From an uncultured bacterium (GTDB lineage: Bacteria > Edwardsbacteria > AC1 > EtOH8): DNA of 64,000 nt. Within the stretch, counting starts at the first letter, position 1, and each line of letters begins with the position of its first letter. The DNA is taken from positions 143 to 64,142 of the forward strand of contig CAZPNX010000001.1 in the NCBI GenBank assembly GCA_964588285.1, given 5' to 3'. Both the position numbers and the translations under genes were made by a program. The notes beneath the pieces were generated by a model. That model made no database searches, was not told the origin of the DNA, and worked only from the letters and a program-made list of their open reading frames with translations. This document shows, one piece after another, positions 47,361-56,386 of the stretch.

Positions 47361-48359
47361 ATGAAGCACGGGAACAGAAGAAAAAGCATTCTGCTCAATA
47401 AGCGGATGCAGCTTAGCCTGGTATTCAGGATACTTGGAATTTCTTTGATCAGCATCCTGCTGATTGGCGGTTGCATATATCTGACCATCTGGATCCACGT
47501 AACATCTTCGGCCTTTGCTTCCGGAAAGATGTCGATGATCCAGATTTTCGACCGAGTCCATATGTTGCTGGCAGCGGTCCTTCCGGCGGCAGTCCTCTTA
47601 GTATTGTGGATGGGATTGCACATTTCCCATTCGATACTGGGGCCGCTGGTGAGGCTGGAAAACGAGTTCAAATCCATCAGACAGAATGGCTGGCATGGCC
47701 AGCCATTGAAGTTCAGGAAAAACGACGGCTTCGCCGAGCTAGCGATGGAGTTCAACGCCATGATGGATAGTCTGCAGCCTCAGGGAAAACCCTCCATTGG
47801 CCCTACAACTCCTGCTACTGAGCCTGGGAAAGAAAAATTCAAGTACGCCGGAGGCTTCACCCTCATCGAGTTGATGATCGTAGTCGTCATTATCGGCATA
47901 TTAGCGGCTATCGCGGTCCCCAACTACATCTCTATGCGTTTGCGGGCGCTTGAGGCCTCCTTAAAAGCGAATATGCATACCCTACAATGCGTTGTCGAGG
48001 AGTTCAACACCATGGCCGACGGCACATACCCGGGCGGTCTTGATGTCAGAGTGTCTGCCGTCATTCCAGCAGGGATAAATTCGTCCATTGCCGAAGGCGT
48101 CAGGATACCACCATTCCCCGCCAATGCGCTTATAAGCCCCCATGCAGGATATGCTAACCCGTTCAACCGCGCGTCAAATGCACTAGATGACTTAGCGGCT
48201 GGACCACCAGCGGTTGCACCCAGCGGTAACGTTTATTATACAGCCTATAATCAATTAGGTAATGTGACAAACGGCGTAGAAAACGCCGCATCAAGATATG
48301 TAATAACAGCTTATGGCAATAATGCACCGCTAAGCTTAGTGTTGAGATCCGGGCAATAG
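47361..48359 (+). CDS. 2TM-HAMP module fused in frame to a type IV pilin domain (or pilin with an extraordinarily long leader)
   Basis: Residues 1-135: two TM helices plus HAMP-like 'ILGPLVRLENEFKSIRQNG...NDGFAELAMEFNAMMDSL'. Then a Pro/Thr-rich linker, then 'KFKYAGG|FTLIELMIVVVIIGILAAIAVPNY' at residue 166 (F codon at 47856). No stop codon between the two parts. Confidence 0.7.
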   Translation: MKHGNRRKSILLNKRMQLSLVFRILGISLISILLIGGCIYLTIWIHVTSSAFASGKMSMIQIFDRVHMLLAAVLPAAVLLVLWMGLHISHSILGPLVRLENEFKSIRQNGWHGQPLKFRKNDGFAELAMEFNAMMDSLQPQGKPSIGPTTPATEPGKEKFKYAGGFTLIELMIVVVIIGILAAIAVPNYISMRLRALEASLKANMHTLQCVVEEFNTMADGTYPGGLDVRVSAVIPAGINSSIAEGVRIPPFPANALISPHAGYANPFNRASNALDDLAAGPPAVAPSGNVYYTAYNQLGNVTNGVENAASRYVITAYGNNAPLSLVLRSGQ

Positions 48360-48412
48360 TGATTTGTGTGGTAGAAATATGGTTTTAGCAAGTTAATTGT
48401 TGGATACAAGAC

Positions 48413-49357
48413 ATGCACCTACCCATCCTCCAGATCGTAAACCTCTCCAAGACCTTCCACGACTGGGAGCACCTCAGATTCCGCCCCATCCCTGTGCTCA
48501 AGAGTATCTCGTTGGAGGTGCAAAAAGGGGAGATCTTTGGCTTTTTGGGCCCCAACGGGGCCGGCAAGACCACTACCATCAAGACCCTGATGGGCATCAT
48601 CCGGCCAACCTCGGGCACGGCCCGCATCCTGGGCCATGACCTGGTGGAGCATTCCCAGGAGGTGAAAAAACGCACCGGATTCCTGCCGGAGAACCCATAT
48701 TTTTACGATTACCTGAAGGTGGGCGAGTTCGTGGAATTCTGCGGGTCGCTGTTCGGCCAGGACCGGGCTTTCCGCCGTCGACGAGCGGCCGAGCTTTTGG
48801 AGATGGTGGGCATGTCTCATGCCGCCAACCTGCCCTTGAGAAAATGCTCCAAAGGGATGCTGCAGAGGACCGGCATCGCACAGTCCCTGGTCAACGACCC
48901 CGACTTCCTGGTGTGGGACGAGCCGGTCTCGGGCCTGGACCCGATAGGGAGGAAGGAGATCAAGGACCTGATGCTGGACTTGAGAAGGCGGGGCAAGACC
49001 ATCTTCTTCAGTTCCCACATCCTGCCCGATGCCGAGGCCCTGTGCGACAGGGTGGCCATTATTATCAATGGAGAAGTGAATACCATCGGAACCCTTCCCG
49101 AACTGATGAAAGACGCGGTTTCGTGGGTTGAAATCGTGGCCGAGGACCTCAAGCAAGGCTTTAAGTACCGGGAGGCGACGGTGGAGAACGTGGCCAATCA
49201 GACAATCTTTAAGATAAAAGATATCAAGCATTTAGATAATATTCTTAAAGCGATTATTGAGAAAAAAGGCAGAGTAATCTCCGTGACCCCACAAAGGGAG
49301 AACCTGGAAACCTACTTTGCCAGGCAGGTTAAGGCCCGGGGCCGGAAGCCGGGTTGA
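48413..49357 (+). CDS. ABC transporter ATP-binding protein (ABC-2 type exporter)
   Basis: Walker A 'GPNGAGKTTT', signature-like 'CSKGMLQRTGIAQSL', Walker B 'FLVWDEP'. Confidence 0.85.
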   Translation: MHLPILQIVNLSKTFHDWEHLRFRPIPVLKSISLEVQKGEIFGFLGPNGAGKTTTIKTLMGIIRPTSGTARILGHDLVEHSQEVKKRTGFLPENPYFYDYLKVGEFVEFCGSLFGQDRAFRRRRAAELLEMVGMSHAANLPLRKCSKGMLQRTGIAQSLVNDPDFLVWDEPVSGLDPIGRKEIKDLMLDLRRRGKTIFFSSHILPDAEALCDRVAIIINGEVNTIGTLPELMKDAVSWVEIVAEDLKQGFKYREATVENVANQTIFKIKDIKHLDNILKAIIEKKGRVISVTPQRENLETYFARQVKARGRKPG

Positions 49358-49359
49358 GG

Positions 49360-49965
49360 ACCTTACCCTCTGTTCCCTCCCCCGCAGGGAGAGGGACGGC
49401 CCCTTCCCCTGCGGGGAAGGGGCCGGGGTTAGGTCAAAGGGCTGGCTGGTCGTTGAGTGCCGCCTTGTCCCGATAAAACCTACGGCCACTTGACATGCGG
49501 CGGGTGTACTTGTGCCGAGCCGGGTCGAGGCTTCGAGACGGCCGGCGGCCCCCTCTCCGGGATCGGAGAGGGCAGGGTGAGGGCATGTCCCGCTTGGTGC
49601 GCCATGCCCGAAGCTTGAGACAGGGTTCCACTGATGCCGAAAGGTTATTGTGGAGGCATTTAAGGGATAGAAGACTGGCGGGTTTCAAATTCAGAAGGCA
49701 GTCCCCTATAGGTAGATATATAGTAGATTTCGTCTGCTTCGAAGCCAAGGTGATATTGGAATTGGATGGAAGCCAGCATGCCGAGGAAGCTCAGGCCGAG
49801 AGGGATTGTGTCAGGGACGAGTGGCTGGGAAGCCAGGGGTTCGAGGTGCTTAGGTTTTGGAACACGGAAGTGATAAAGAACGTAAGTGGTGTGCTGATGA
49901 AGATAAGGGAGGCGTGCCAGCGCACCCTCACCTAAGTCCTCTCCCATCAAGGGAGAGGTGTCGAG
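49360..49965. mobile_element. DUF559 (Vsr-like endonuclease) mini-element with flanking CCCTCTCC/GGAGAGGG hairpins, inserted between the ABC ATPase and permease genes
   Basis: Hairpins at 49398-49424 (GGCCCCTTCCCC-tgc-GGGGAAGGGGCC), 49551-49572 (CCCTCTCCG-ggat-CGGAGAGGG) and 49938-49958 (CCTCTCCC-atcaa-GGGAGAGG). Inverted GGGTGAGGG (49575-49583) / CCCTCACC (49924-49931) bracket the ORF. Confidence 0.65.
49585..49935 (+). CDS. DUF559 domain protein (very-short-patch-repair endonuclease-like fold)
   Basis: 'ERLLWRHLRDRRLAGFKFRRQSPIGRYIVDFVCFEAKVILELDGSQH...DEWLGSQGFEVLRFWNTEV' is the characteristic DUF559 sequence. Start chosen at internal Met 'MSRLV'. Confidence 0.75.
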   Translation: MSRLVRHARSLRQGSTDAERLLWRHLRDRRLAGFKFRRQSPIGRYIVDFVCFEAKVILELDGSQHAEEAQAERDCVRDEWLGSQGFEVLRFWNTEVIKNVSGVLMKIREACQRTLT

Positions 49966-49992
49966 CGGAGTAAGTAGAATCGGGTACAAGCC

Positions 49993-50760
49993 ATGAAACG
50001 CATACTTGCCATCGCCCAAAACACCTTCAAGGAGACGGTGCGGGACCGGATCCTCTACGGACTGGTGGTCTTCGTCCTGTTGCTGCTGCCGGGCTCCCGC
50101 CTGGTGATACCCCTGGCCATCGGCCAGGAGCTGAAAATCATGAAGGACTTCGGCTTTGCCGCCATCGCCCTGTTCGGGCTGATGATCGCAGTGGTGGTGG
50201 GCACCGCCTTGGTGCACAAGGAACTGGACAAACGGACCATCTACGTGCTGGTGGCCAAACCGGTGCGGCGCTGGGAGCTTTTGGTGGGCAAGTATTTCGG
50301 CCTGATGGCCACCATTCTGCTGGCCTTTCTGGTGATGTTCGCAGTTTTGGCGGCCACGGTGCTGTCGCTGGGAGGCAGGCTGGACTGGCTGCTGGTCCTG
50401 ACCGTGGCCGGTCTTTTCCTGCAACTGGCGGCGGTGACCGGCCTGGCCATTTTCTTTTCCACCTTGGCCTCCCCGGCCCTATCGGCCGTTTTCACCATCT
50501 GCCTTTATATCGCAGGCACGGCCGCCGATCAGCTGCGACTGTTCGCCGAGCGCATGCCGGGGACCTTCGTCAAGCTGGCGGTCAAGGGTGCCTCATATCT
50601 GGTACCCAACCTCCACCTGTGCAGCTTCCGCAACGAGGCCGTCTACGGACTGCCGGTGTCTGGGGGCAAGGTGCTGATCATGCTGGCATATATACTGATC
50701 TACACCTCCCTGGTCCTGCTGATATCCTCGGCCATCCTGGAGAGGAAGGACCTTAAGTGA
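49993..50760 (+). CDS. ABC-2 family transporter permease
   Basis: Six TM helices; 'MKRILAIAQNTFKETVRDRILYGLVVFVLLLL' is the typical ABC-2 permease N-terminus. Confidence 0.8.
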   Translation: MKRILAIAQNTFKETVRDRILYGLVVFVLLLLPGSRLVIPLAIGQELKIMKDFGFAAIALFGLMIAVVVGTALVHKELDKRTIYVLVAKPVRRWELLVGKYFGLMATILLAFLVMFAVLAATVLSLGGRLDWLLVLTVAGLFLQLAAVTGLAIFFSTLASPALSAVFTICLYIAGTAADQLRLFAERMPGTFVKLAVKGASYLVPNLHLCSFRNEAVYGLPVSGGKVLIMLAYILIYTSLVLLISSAILERKDLK

Positions 50761-50809
50761 CGGATTGTCGTCAGGCCGTGCAAGGTCGAATCATGACCTG
50801 ACTCGGCGC

Positions 50810-51658
50810 ATGAAAAAGCTTCTCCTCATAGTCATCATCCTGGCCCTGCTGGCCTCGGCCGTCTGGCTGCTGCAGGCCCATGACCGCAGTTATTTGAGCA
50901 GCGAGGAATCGGTGCGGGAACTGATGTACTTTCCCACCGCCCAAGCGGTCAGGCTCTTGGCGGCCGGCAACGAGCTGGTGGCGGCCGACTACCTGTGGCT
51001 GAGGATGATTCAGTACTACGCCTATCATATGCGCCGCGATCAGAAGTACGAATATCTCTTTCCCATTATCGACCGGCTGACCGACCTCGACCCCCGCTTT
51101 GTTTATCCCTACACCTTCGGGGCCCTGCTTTTAGTGCACGACGCACAGGATAGTATCCAATCGCTAAAACTTTTGGACAAGGCCAAGAGGCTGAATCCGG
51201 ATCGTTGGGAGTTTCCTTATATGAAGGGTTTCATCCTCTACACCTTTCTGCGCCGGGACGAGGAGGCGGCCCTCCAGTTTGTCGAAGCCTCCAAGAAACC
51301 CAACGCCTGGGAAGGCGCCTTGCGTTTTGCCGGATGGATATACCGCAAGACCGGCCGGCGCGAGGTTTCCAAGGCCATGTGGCAGGAGCTCTTCGATACC
51401 GCCAAAGATCCTCTGGATCGGGCGGTGGCCGAGTATTATTTGAGGGCCATCGCCATGGAGGAGGAGTTGGAGCGCTTAAACTCGCTGGCGGCCCGCTTCC
51501 GTTCGGAGCAGGGCCGGTGGCCGTCAGGTTTTCGCGATCTGATGATGGCCGAACTGCTTTCTGAAATACCGAAGGAACCCTTCGGCAGAAAATATTACTG
51601 GGATTTATCATCGAACACCTTTAAAAGCCAGACCAGGCTGAATAAAAGGGTCTACTGA
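50810..51658 (+). CDS. membrane-anchored hypothetical protein (TPR-like helical repeats?)
   Basis: N-terminal signal anchor 'MKKLLLIVIILALLASAVWLL'; helical Trp/Tyr-rich repeats. Co-oriented with the ABC transporter. Confidence 0.45.
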   Translation: MKKLLLIVIILALLASAVWLLQAHDRSYLSSEESVRELMYFPTAQAVRLLAAGNELVAADYLWLRMIQYYAYHMRRDQKYEYLFPIIDRLTDLDPRFVYPYTFGALLLVHDAQDSIQSLKLLDKAKRLNPDRWEFPYMKGFILYTFLRRDEEAALQFVEASKKPNAWEGALRFAGWIYRKTGRREVSKAMWQELFDTAKDPLDRAVAEYYLRAIAMEEELERLNSLAARFRSEQGRWPSGFRDLMMAELLSEIPKEPFGRKYYWDLSSNTFKSQTRLNKRVY

Positions 51659-51745
51659 AGTATAGTTTTAAGTTGTTCCGGATAAGATCAGTAGCCGCAG
51701 CCCGGCTACTTTTTTACTTTATGGGGCGGAAGCGTCCGGACGGGG

Positions 51746-51774
51746 TTGACAAAAGCGCCTTCATAGTGTATCAT
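51746..51774 (+). promoter_or_regulatory. sigma-70 consensus promoter of topA
   Basis: TTGACA (51746-51751), 17-nt spacer, TATCAT (51769-51774), ~35 nt before the topA ATG. Confidence 0.5.
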
Positions 51775-51809
51775 AGCCGTCCTTTGATGAAATCCAATCT
51801 CTGAACACG

Positions 51810-54050
51810 ATGGCCAAGAAGCTCGTCATAGTGGAATCGCCGGCCAAGTCCCGCACCATCGGCAAGTACCTGGGGCGGGAGTACTCGGTGGTATCCTCCA
51901 TGGGACACGTCCGCGACCTGCCGGCCAGCAAGCTGGGGGTGGATCTCAAGAAGGATTTCCAGCCCACCTATGTCCCCATCAAGGGCAAGGCCAAGGTCCT
52001 GGCCCAGATCAAGGCCGCGGCCGCCAAGGCCGAGAAAATCTTCATCGCCACCGACCCGGACCGCGAGGGCGAGGCCATTGCCTGGCACATCGCCGGAGAG
52101 ATCAAGGGCAAGGGCGGCAAGATCAGCCGGGCCATGTTCTACGAGATCACCAAGGAGAGCGTAGCCAAAGCCATCGCCCATCCCGGCAAAATTGACCAGA
52201 AGAAGGTGGACGCCCAACAGGCCCGGAGGATACTGGACCGGCTGGTGGGCTATCAGGTGAGCCCGTTTTTATGGAAGACGGTGCGAAGGGGCCTTTCGGC
52301 CGGACGGGTTCAGACAGTGGCCCTGCGCCTCATCTGCGAGCGCGAGGAGGAGATAAAAAATTTCAAGCCTCAGGAGTATTGGACCCTGGCCGCTCGCCTC
52401 CAGGGCAGGGATGACGGCCCGTTCGAGGCCGCCCTGGTCAAGATAGACGAAAAGAAACCGCACATCAAGGACCAGGAGGCCAGCCGGCGGATCGTCAACG
52501 AGCTGAGGGGTGCCGAGTTTGCGGTGTCCGGGGTCGACACCCGGGACAAAAAGCGCCACCCCTATCCGCCCTTCATCACCAGCACCATGCAGCAGGCGGC
52601 CTACCGCAGCCTGGGTTTTTCGGCCAAAAAGACCATGTCGGTGGCTCAGCAGCTCTACGAGGGAGTGGAGCTGGGGGCGGAGGGAGCGGTGGGCCTGATC
52701 ACCTACATGAGGACCGATTCGGTGCGCCTGGCTCCCGAGGCGGTGGCCGCGGCCCGGTCCTTCATTACCTCGCATTTTGGGAATGCCTATCTGCCGCCCG
52801 AGCCCCAGCATTATCGCTCCCGCAAGAGCGCCCAGGAGGGCCACGAGGCCATCAGGCCCACTGCGGCTGAGCGCACGCCGGAAAGCGTCAAACAGTACCT
52901 GACTCCCGACCAATTCAAGCTCTACGGCCTCATCTGGAGCCGTTTTCTGGCCTGCCAGATGACCTCGGCCGTCTACTCGGTGCGGTCGGCCGACATCAAG
53001 GCCGGCAGGTTTTTGTTCCGGGCCAGCGGCTCCAAACTGGTCTTCAACGGTTTTTTGGCCGCCTACGGCGTGCAGGAGGAAGACAGTGAGCAGTATGACG
53101 AGTCGAAAGACCTTCCGTTGCTGGAACCGGGCGAGGTCCTGAAGCTTTTGGAACTCTTGCCCAAACAACACTTCACCGAGCCGCCGCCGCGCTACAACGA
53201 GGCCAGCCTCATCAAGGCCCTGGAGGCCGACGGCATCGGCCGGCCCTCGACCTACGCCGTCATCCTGAGCACTATCATCGACCGGGAGTACGTCACCAAG
53301 GAGCGGGGGCCGCTGGAGCCCACAGAGCTGGGGATGGTGGTCAACCGCATCCTGACCGAGAAGTTCCCCCACGTCTTTCAGGTGCAGTTCACCGCCGACA
53401 TGGAGGGGGAGCTGGACAAGATAGAGCAGGGGAAGCTGGAGTGGGTCCAGGCACTGAAGGATTTCTACGGTCCGTTTTCCCAGGATTTGAAGTCTGCCGA
53501 AGCCGGACGCCAGGAAGTGAAGAGATCTTTGGAGGTGAAGACCGATATCGCCTGTCCGGAGTGCGGCCAGCCCATGGTCATCAAATGGGGCCGCTTCGGC
53601 AAGTTCTACGCCTGTTCCCGCTATCCGGACTGCAAAACCACCATGCCCCTGGACGCCGAGCAGGACCTGAAGGACGCCGAGGGCCAGACCTGCGAAAAGT
53701 GCGGCAGTCCCATGAAGGTCAAGCGAAGCAAGTTCGGAAAATTTCTGGCCTGCTCCAACTATCCCCAGTGCCAAAGCACTCGGCCTATCACCACCGGCGT
53801 CCCCTGCCCCGAGCCGGATTGCGGCGGAGAACTGGCCGAGAGGCGCTCCAAGCGGGGCAAAAGCTTCTATTCCTGCACCCGTTATCCCGACTGCAAGTAT
53901 GCGGTCTGGAACCGTCCCCTAGCCAAGGCCTGCGAATCCTGCGGCTTCGGACATCTGGTGCAGCGTTACAGCAAAGCCCGAGGCCAGTATCTGGCCTGTC
54001 CCAAGTGTAAGTGGGAGCCGCCGACCGAGGAGACCAAGAGGAATGAATGA
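51810..54050 (+). CDS. topA: DNA topoisomerase I with three C-terminal Cys4 zinc ribbons
   Basis: TOPRIM 'LVIVESPAKSRTIGKYLG...VVSSMGHVRDLP'. Active-site region 'GLITYMRTDS' (catalytic Tyr). Zinc ribbons 'CPECGQPM...C', 'CEKCGSPM...C', 'CPEPDCGG...C'. Confidence 0.95.
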   Translation: MAKKLVIVESPAKSRTIGKYLGREYSVVSSMGHVRDLPASKLGVDLKKDFQPTYVPIKGKAKVLAQIKAAAAKAEKIFIATDPDREGEAIAWHIAGEIKGKGGKISRAMFYEITKESVAKAIAHPGKIDQKKVDAQQARRILDRLVGYQVSPFLWKTVRRGLSAGRVQTVALRLICEREEEIKNFKPQEYWTLAARLQGRDDGPFEAALVKIDEKKPHIKDQEASRRIVNELRGAEFAVSGVDTRDKKRHPYPPFITSTMQQAAYRSLGFSAKKTMSVAQQLYEGVELGAEGAVGLITYMRTDSVRLAPEAVAAARSFITSHFGNAYLPPEPQHYRSRKSAQEGHEAIRPTAAERTPESVKQYLTPDQFKLYGLIWSRFLACQMTSAVYSVRSADIKAGRFLFRASGSKLVFNGFLAAYGVQEEDSEQYDESKDLPLLEPGEVLKLLELLPKQHFTEPPPRYNEASLIKALEADGIGRPSTYAVILSTIIDREYVTKERGPLEPTELGMVVNRILTEKFPHVFQVQFTADMEGELDKIEQGKLEWVQALKDFYGPFSQDLKSAEAGRQEVKRSLEVKTDIACPECGQPMVIKWGRFGKFYACSRYPDCKTTMPLDAEQDLKDAEGQTCEKCGSPMKVKRSKFGKFLACSNYPQCQSTRPITTGVPCPEPDCGGELAERRSKRGKSFYSCTRYPDCKYAVWNRPLAKACESCGFGHLVQRYSKARGQYLACPKCKWEPPTEETKRNE

Positions 54051-54056
54051 GGGAAA

Positions 54057-54080
54057 GCGGGGGACACCCCGCTTTTTTAT
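54057..54080 (+). terminator. rho-independent terminator after topA
   Basis: GCGGGG-gaca-CCCCGC followed by TTTTTTATT. Confidence 0.6.
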
Positions 54081-54350
54081 TGCTTGGTTAAATAAACTAG
54101 TACACTAAATCGGTTGTCATACCCTTGAAAAATAATATTCAGGTCTTGATTGCCTTTGGTTCTTGCTTCTGTATTTCCGCCGGAGCCTGGACCGAACCCA
54201 TCATGTCTTTCAGATTATGCTTTGTGGACGTGCGGGAATGACAAAAGAAAGGAAATGGCATAAGGCTAGATTTAGCTGTCAACCCATTGGGCCGGTTCGA
54301 GCTCTTAAAAAATACTTTGTGTCTTCGTGTCTTTATGGTAAAATATTCCC

Positions 54351-54989
54351 ATGCGAAATTCACGGGAGAAACCGCGCTGCCCCGTTTGCCTGATGGTCCG
54401 GGAATTATGCCTCTGCTCCTTAGCTCCGCGGCTTGAGCTTAAGACCAGGGTGGGTCTGATCATGCACGTTTCGGAGCGCGGCCGCACCAGCAATACCGGG
54501 CGTTTGGTGCCGCTGGCGCTTTCAAACAGCTATGTTTGTCTTCGCGGAGACAGGAACGGGCCGACCGAGTCCTCGGGCCTGGTGCCTGATGGCTATTGCG
54601 GCCTGGTGCTTTACCCTTCGTCCGATTCCGTGGCTCTGGACAGGGCCTTTGCTGAAGGACTGGACGGCCCGGCGGCCCTGATCGCCCTGGACGGCAGCTG
54701 GAGCCAGGCAGCCAGAATGGCCCGGCGAGAGCCTTCGGTGAGAAACCTGACCAGGGTCAGACTTCCGCCAGGAGGGCCATCATCCTACCGCCTTAGGACG
54801 CAAAGCCACCCGTCCAGGGTCTGCACCTTCGAGGCCGTGGCCAGGGCTTTGGGCGTTCTGGAGGGGCCGGCGGTTAAGAGTGTCCTAGAAAGATTTTTCT
54901 GCATCATGGTAGAAAGGATGCTGTGGGCCCGGGGAAAACTCAAACCTGAGGAAGTAACCGGCGGTCTGCCGTTATCCGCTTTATCTTGA
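54351..54989 (+). CDS. DTW-domain tRNA-uridine aminocarboxypropyltransferase (TapT/YfiP family)
   Basis: N-terminal 'CPVCLMVRELCLCS' Cys cluster and 'ALDGSWSQA' (DTW/DxxW motif). Confidence 0.7.
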   Translation: MRNSREKPRCPVCLMVRELCLCSLAPRLELKTRVGLIMHVSERGRTSNTGRLVPLALSNSYVCLRGDRNGPTESSGLVPDGYCGLVLYPSSDSVALDRAFAEGLDGPAALIALDGSWSQAARMARREPSVRNLTRVRLPPGGPSSYRLRTQSHPSRVCTFEAVARALGVLEGPAVKSVLERFFCIMVERMLWARGKLKPEEVTGGLPLSALS

Positions 54990-55014
54990 TTTTGCCTTCA
55001 TCTTGGTGTAAGCT

Positions 55015-56376
55015 TTGAATTTTAAAACCGGCAAATCGGTGGCAGTCATCGGCGGAGGTCTGGCCGGGTGCGAGGCTGCTTGGCAGCTGGCCGAACGCGG
55101 GGTCGGGGTGGAATTGTACGAAATGAGGTTCACCGGCAGACAGCAGCCGGCGGCCCGGACTACCCCGGCCCACAGCACCGGCCTTCTGGCCGAGCTGATC
55201 TGCAGCAATTCTCTCAAATCGGTGGAAAGATGCAACGCCCACGGATTGCTGAAAGCCGAGCTGGAGGTGCTGGATTCTGTAGTGATTAAATCCGCCAAAA
55301 CCTGCGCCGTGCCGGCAGGCAAGGCCCTGGCAGTCGACCGAATGATGTTTGCTTGGGAGATGACCCAAAAAATCATTTCCCACCCCTTGATAAAAGTTAT
55401 ACCCGAAGAGTTCAATTCGGTTCCCCAAGCGCCGGCCATAGTGGCCACCGGCCCGCTGACCTCGGAACCGATGGCAGCCTCCCTGGCCGCGCTGTTCGGA
55501 TCGGAAAATCTGTTCTTCTTTGATGCCATCGCTCCCATCATTTCGGCCGAATCCATAGACCTGGCCAAGCTTTTCAGGGCCAGCCGCTACGGCCGGGAGG
55601 GCGGAGATTATCTCAACATTCCCCTGGACCGCCGGCAGTACCAAAGACTGGTCGAAAACCTGATAACGGCCAGGCGTCACCAGCCTCACGGTTTCGAGGA
55701 AGGCAGATATTTCGAGGGCTGCTTGCCGGTTGAGGTACTGGCCTCCAGGGGCGTAAACACTCTACGATTCGGCTTGATGAAACCGGTCGGACTGCGCGAT
55801 CCGGCCACCGGCCAAAGGCCTTACGCCGTAATCCAGCTAAGAGCCGAAGACCGTCAAGGCTCCATGTATAACCTGGTGGGCTTTCAGACCCAGCTGGTTC
55901 GGGAGGAGCAGAGGCGGGTGTTCCGCCAGCTCCCGGGTCTGGAAAGGGCTGAGTTCCTGCGCTATGGCAGCATGCACCGCAACACCTTTATTGACTCGCC
56001 CCGCGTCTTGTCGGAAAGCCTGGAGTCAAGAGGCCTAGCCGGTCTTTTCATTGCCGGCCAGCTGTGCGGTGTGGAGGGCTATGTGGAGTCGGCGGCAGCC
56101 GGTCTGCTGGCCGGTATAAACTGTGCCCGGGTTTTGTTAGGAAAGCCGGCCTCAACCCCACCCCGTGAGACCATGATCGGGGCCCTCGGCCGCTATGTAT
56201 CCCAAGGCCCGGCCCAAGGGTTTTTCCAACCGATGAATGCCAATTTTGGGCTATTGCCGCCGCTGGGTTCCAGGATCCGGGATAAAAGACAGAAGGGGCA
56301 GGCCCTGGCCGAAAGAGCGCTGCAGTCTTTATGTCAATGGATTAGGTCTGACTTTATCCAAACAACAAAGCAGTGA
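55015..56376 (+). CDS. trmFO: methylenetetrahydrofolate--tRNA-(uracil54-C5)-methyltransferase (FADH2-oxidising)
   Basis: 'VAVIGGGLAGCEAAWQLAERG' FAD-binding motif. 'GQLCGVEGYVESAAAGLLAGINCAR' matches the TrmFO/Gid C-terminal FAD region. TTG start; GTG alternative at 55039. Confidence 0.9.
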   Translation: MNFKTGKSVAVIGGGLAGCEAAWQLAERGVGVELYEMRFTGRQQPAARTTPAHSTGLLAELICSNSLKSVERCNAHGLLKAELEVLDSVVIKSAKTCAVPAGKALAVDRMMFAWEMTQKIISHPLIKVIPEEFNSVPQAPAIVATGPLTSEPMAASLAALFGSENLFFFDAIAPIISAESIDLAKLFRASRYGREGGDYLNIPLDRRQYQRLVENLITARRHQPHGFEEGRYFEGCLPVEVLASRGVNTLRFGLMKPVGLRDPATGQRPYAVIQLRAEDRQGSMYNLVGFQTQLVREEQRRVFRQLPGLERAEFLRYGSMHRNTFIDSPRVLSESLESRGLAGLFIAGQLCGVEGYVESAAAGLLAGINCARVLLGKPASTPPRETMIGALGRYVSQGPAQGFFQPMNANFGLLPPLGSRIRDKRQKGQALAERALQSLCQWIRSDFIQTTKQ

Positions 56377-56386
56377 TGAACCGTAG

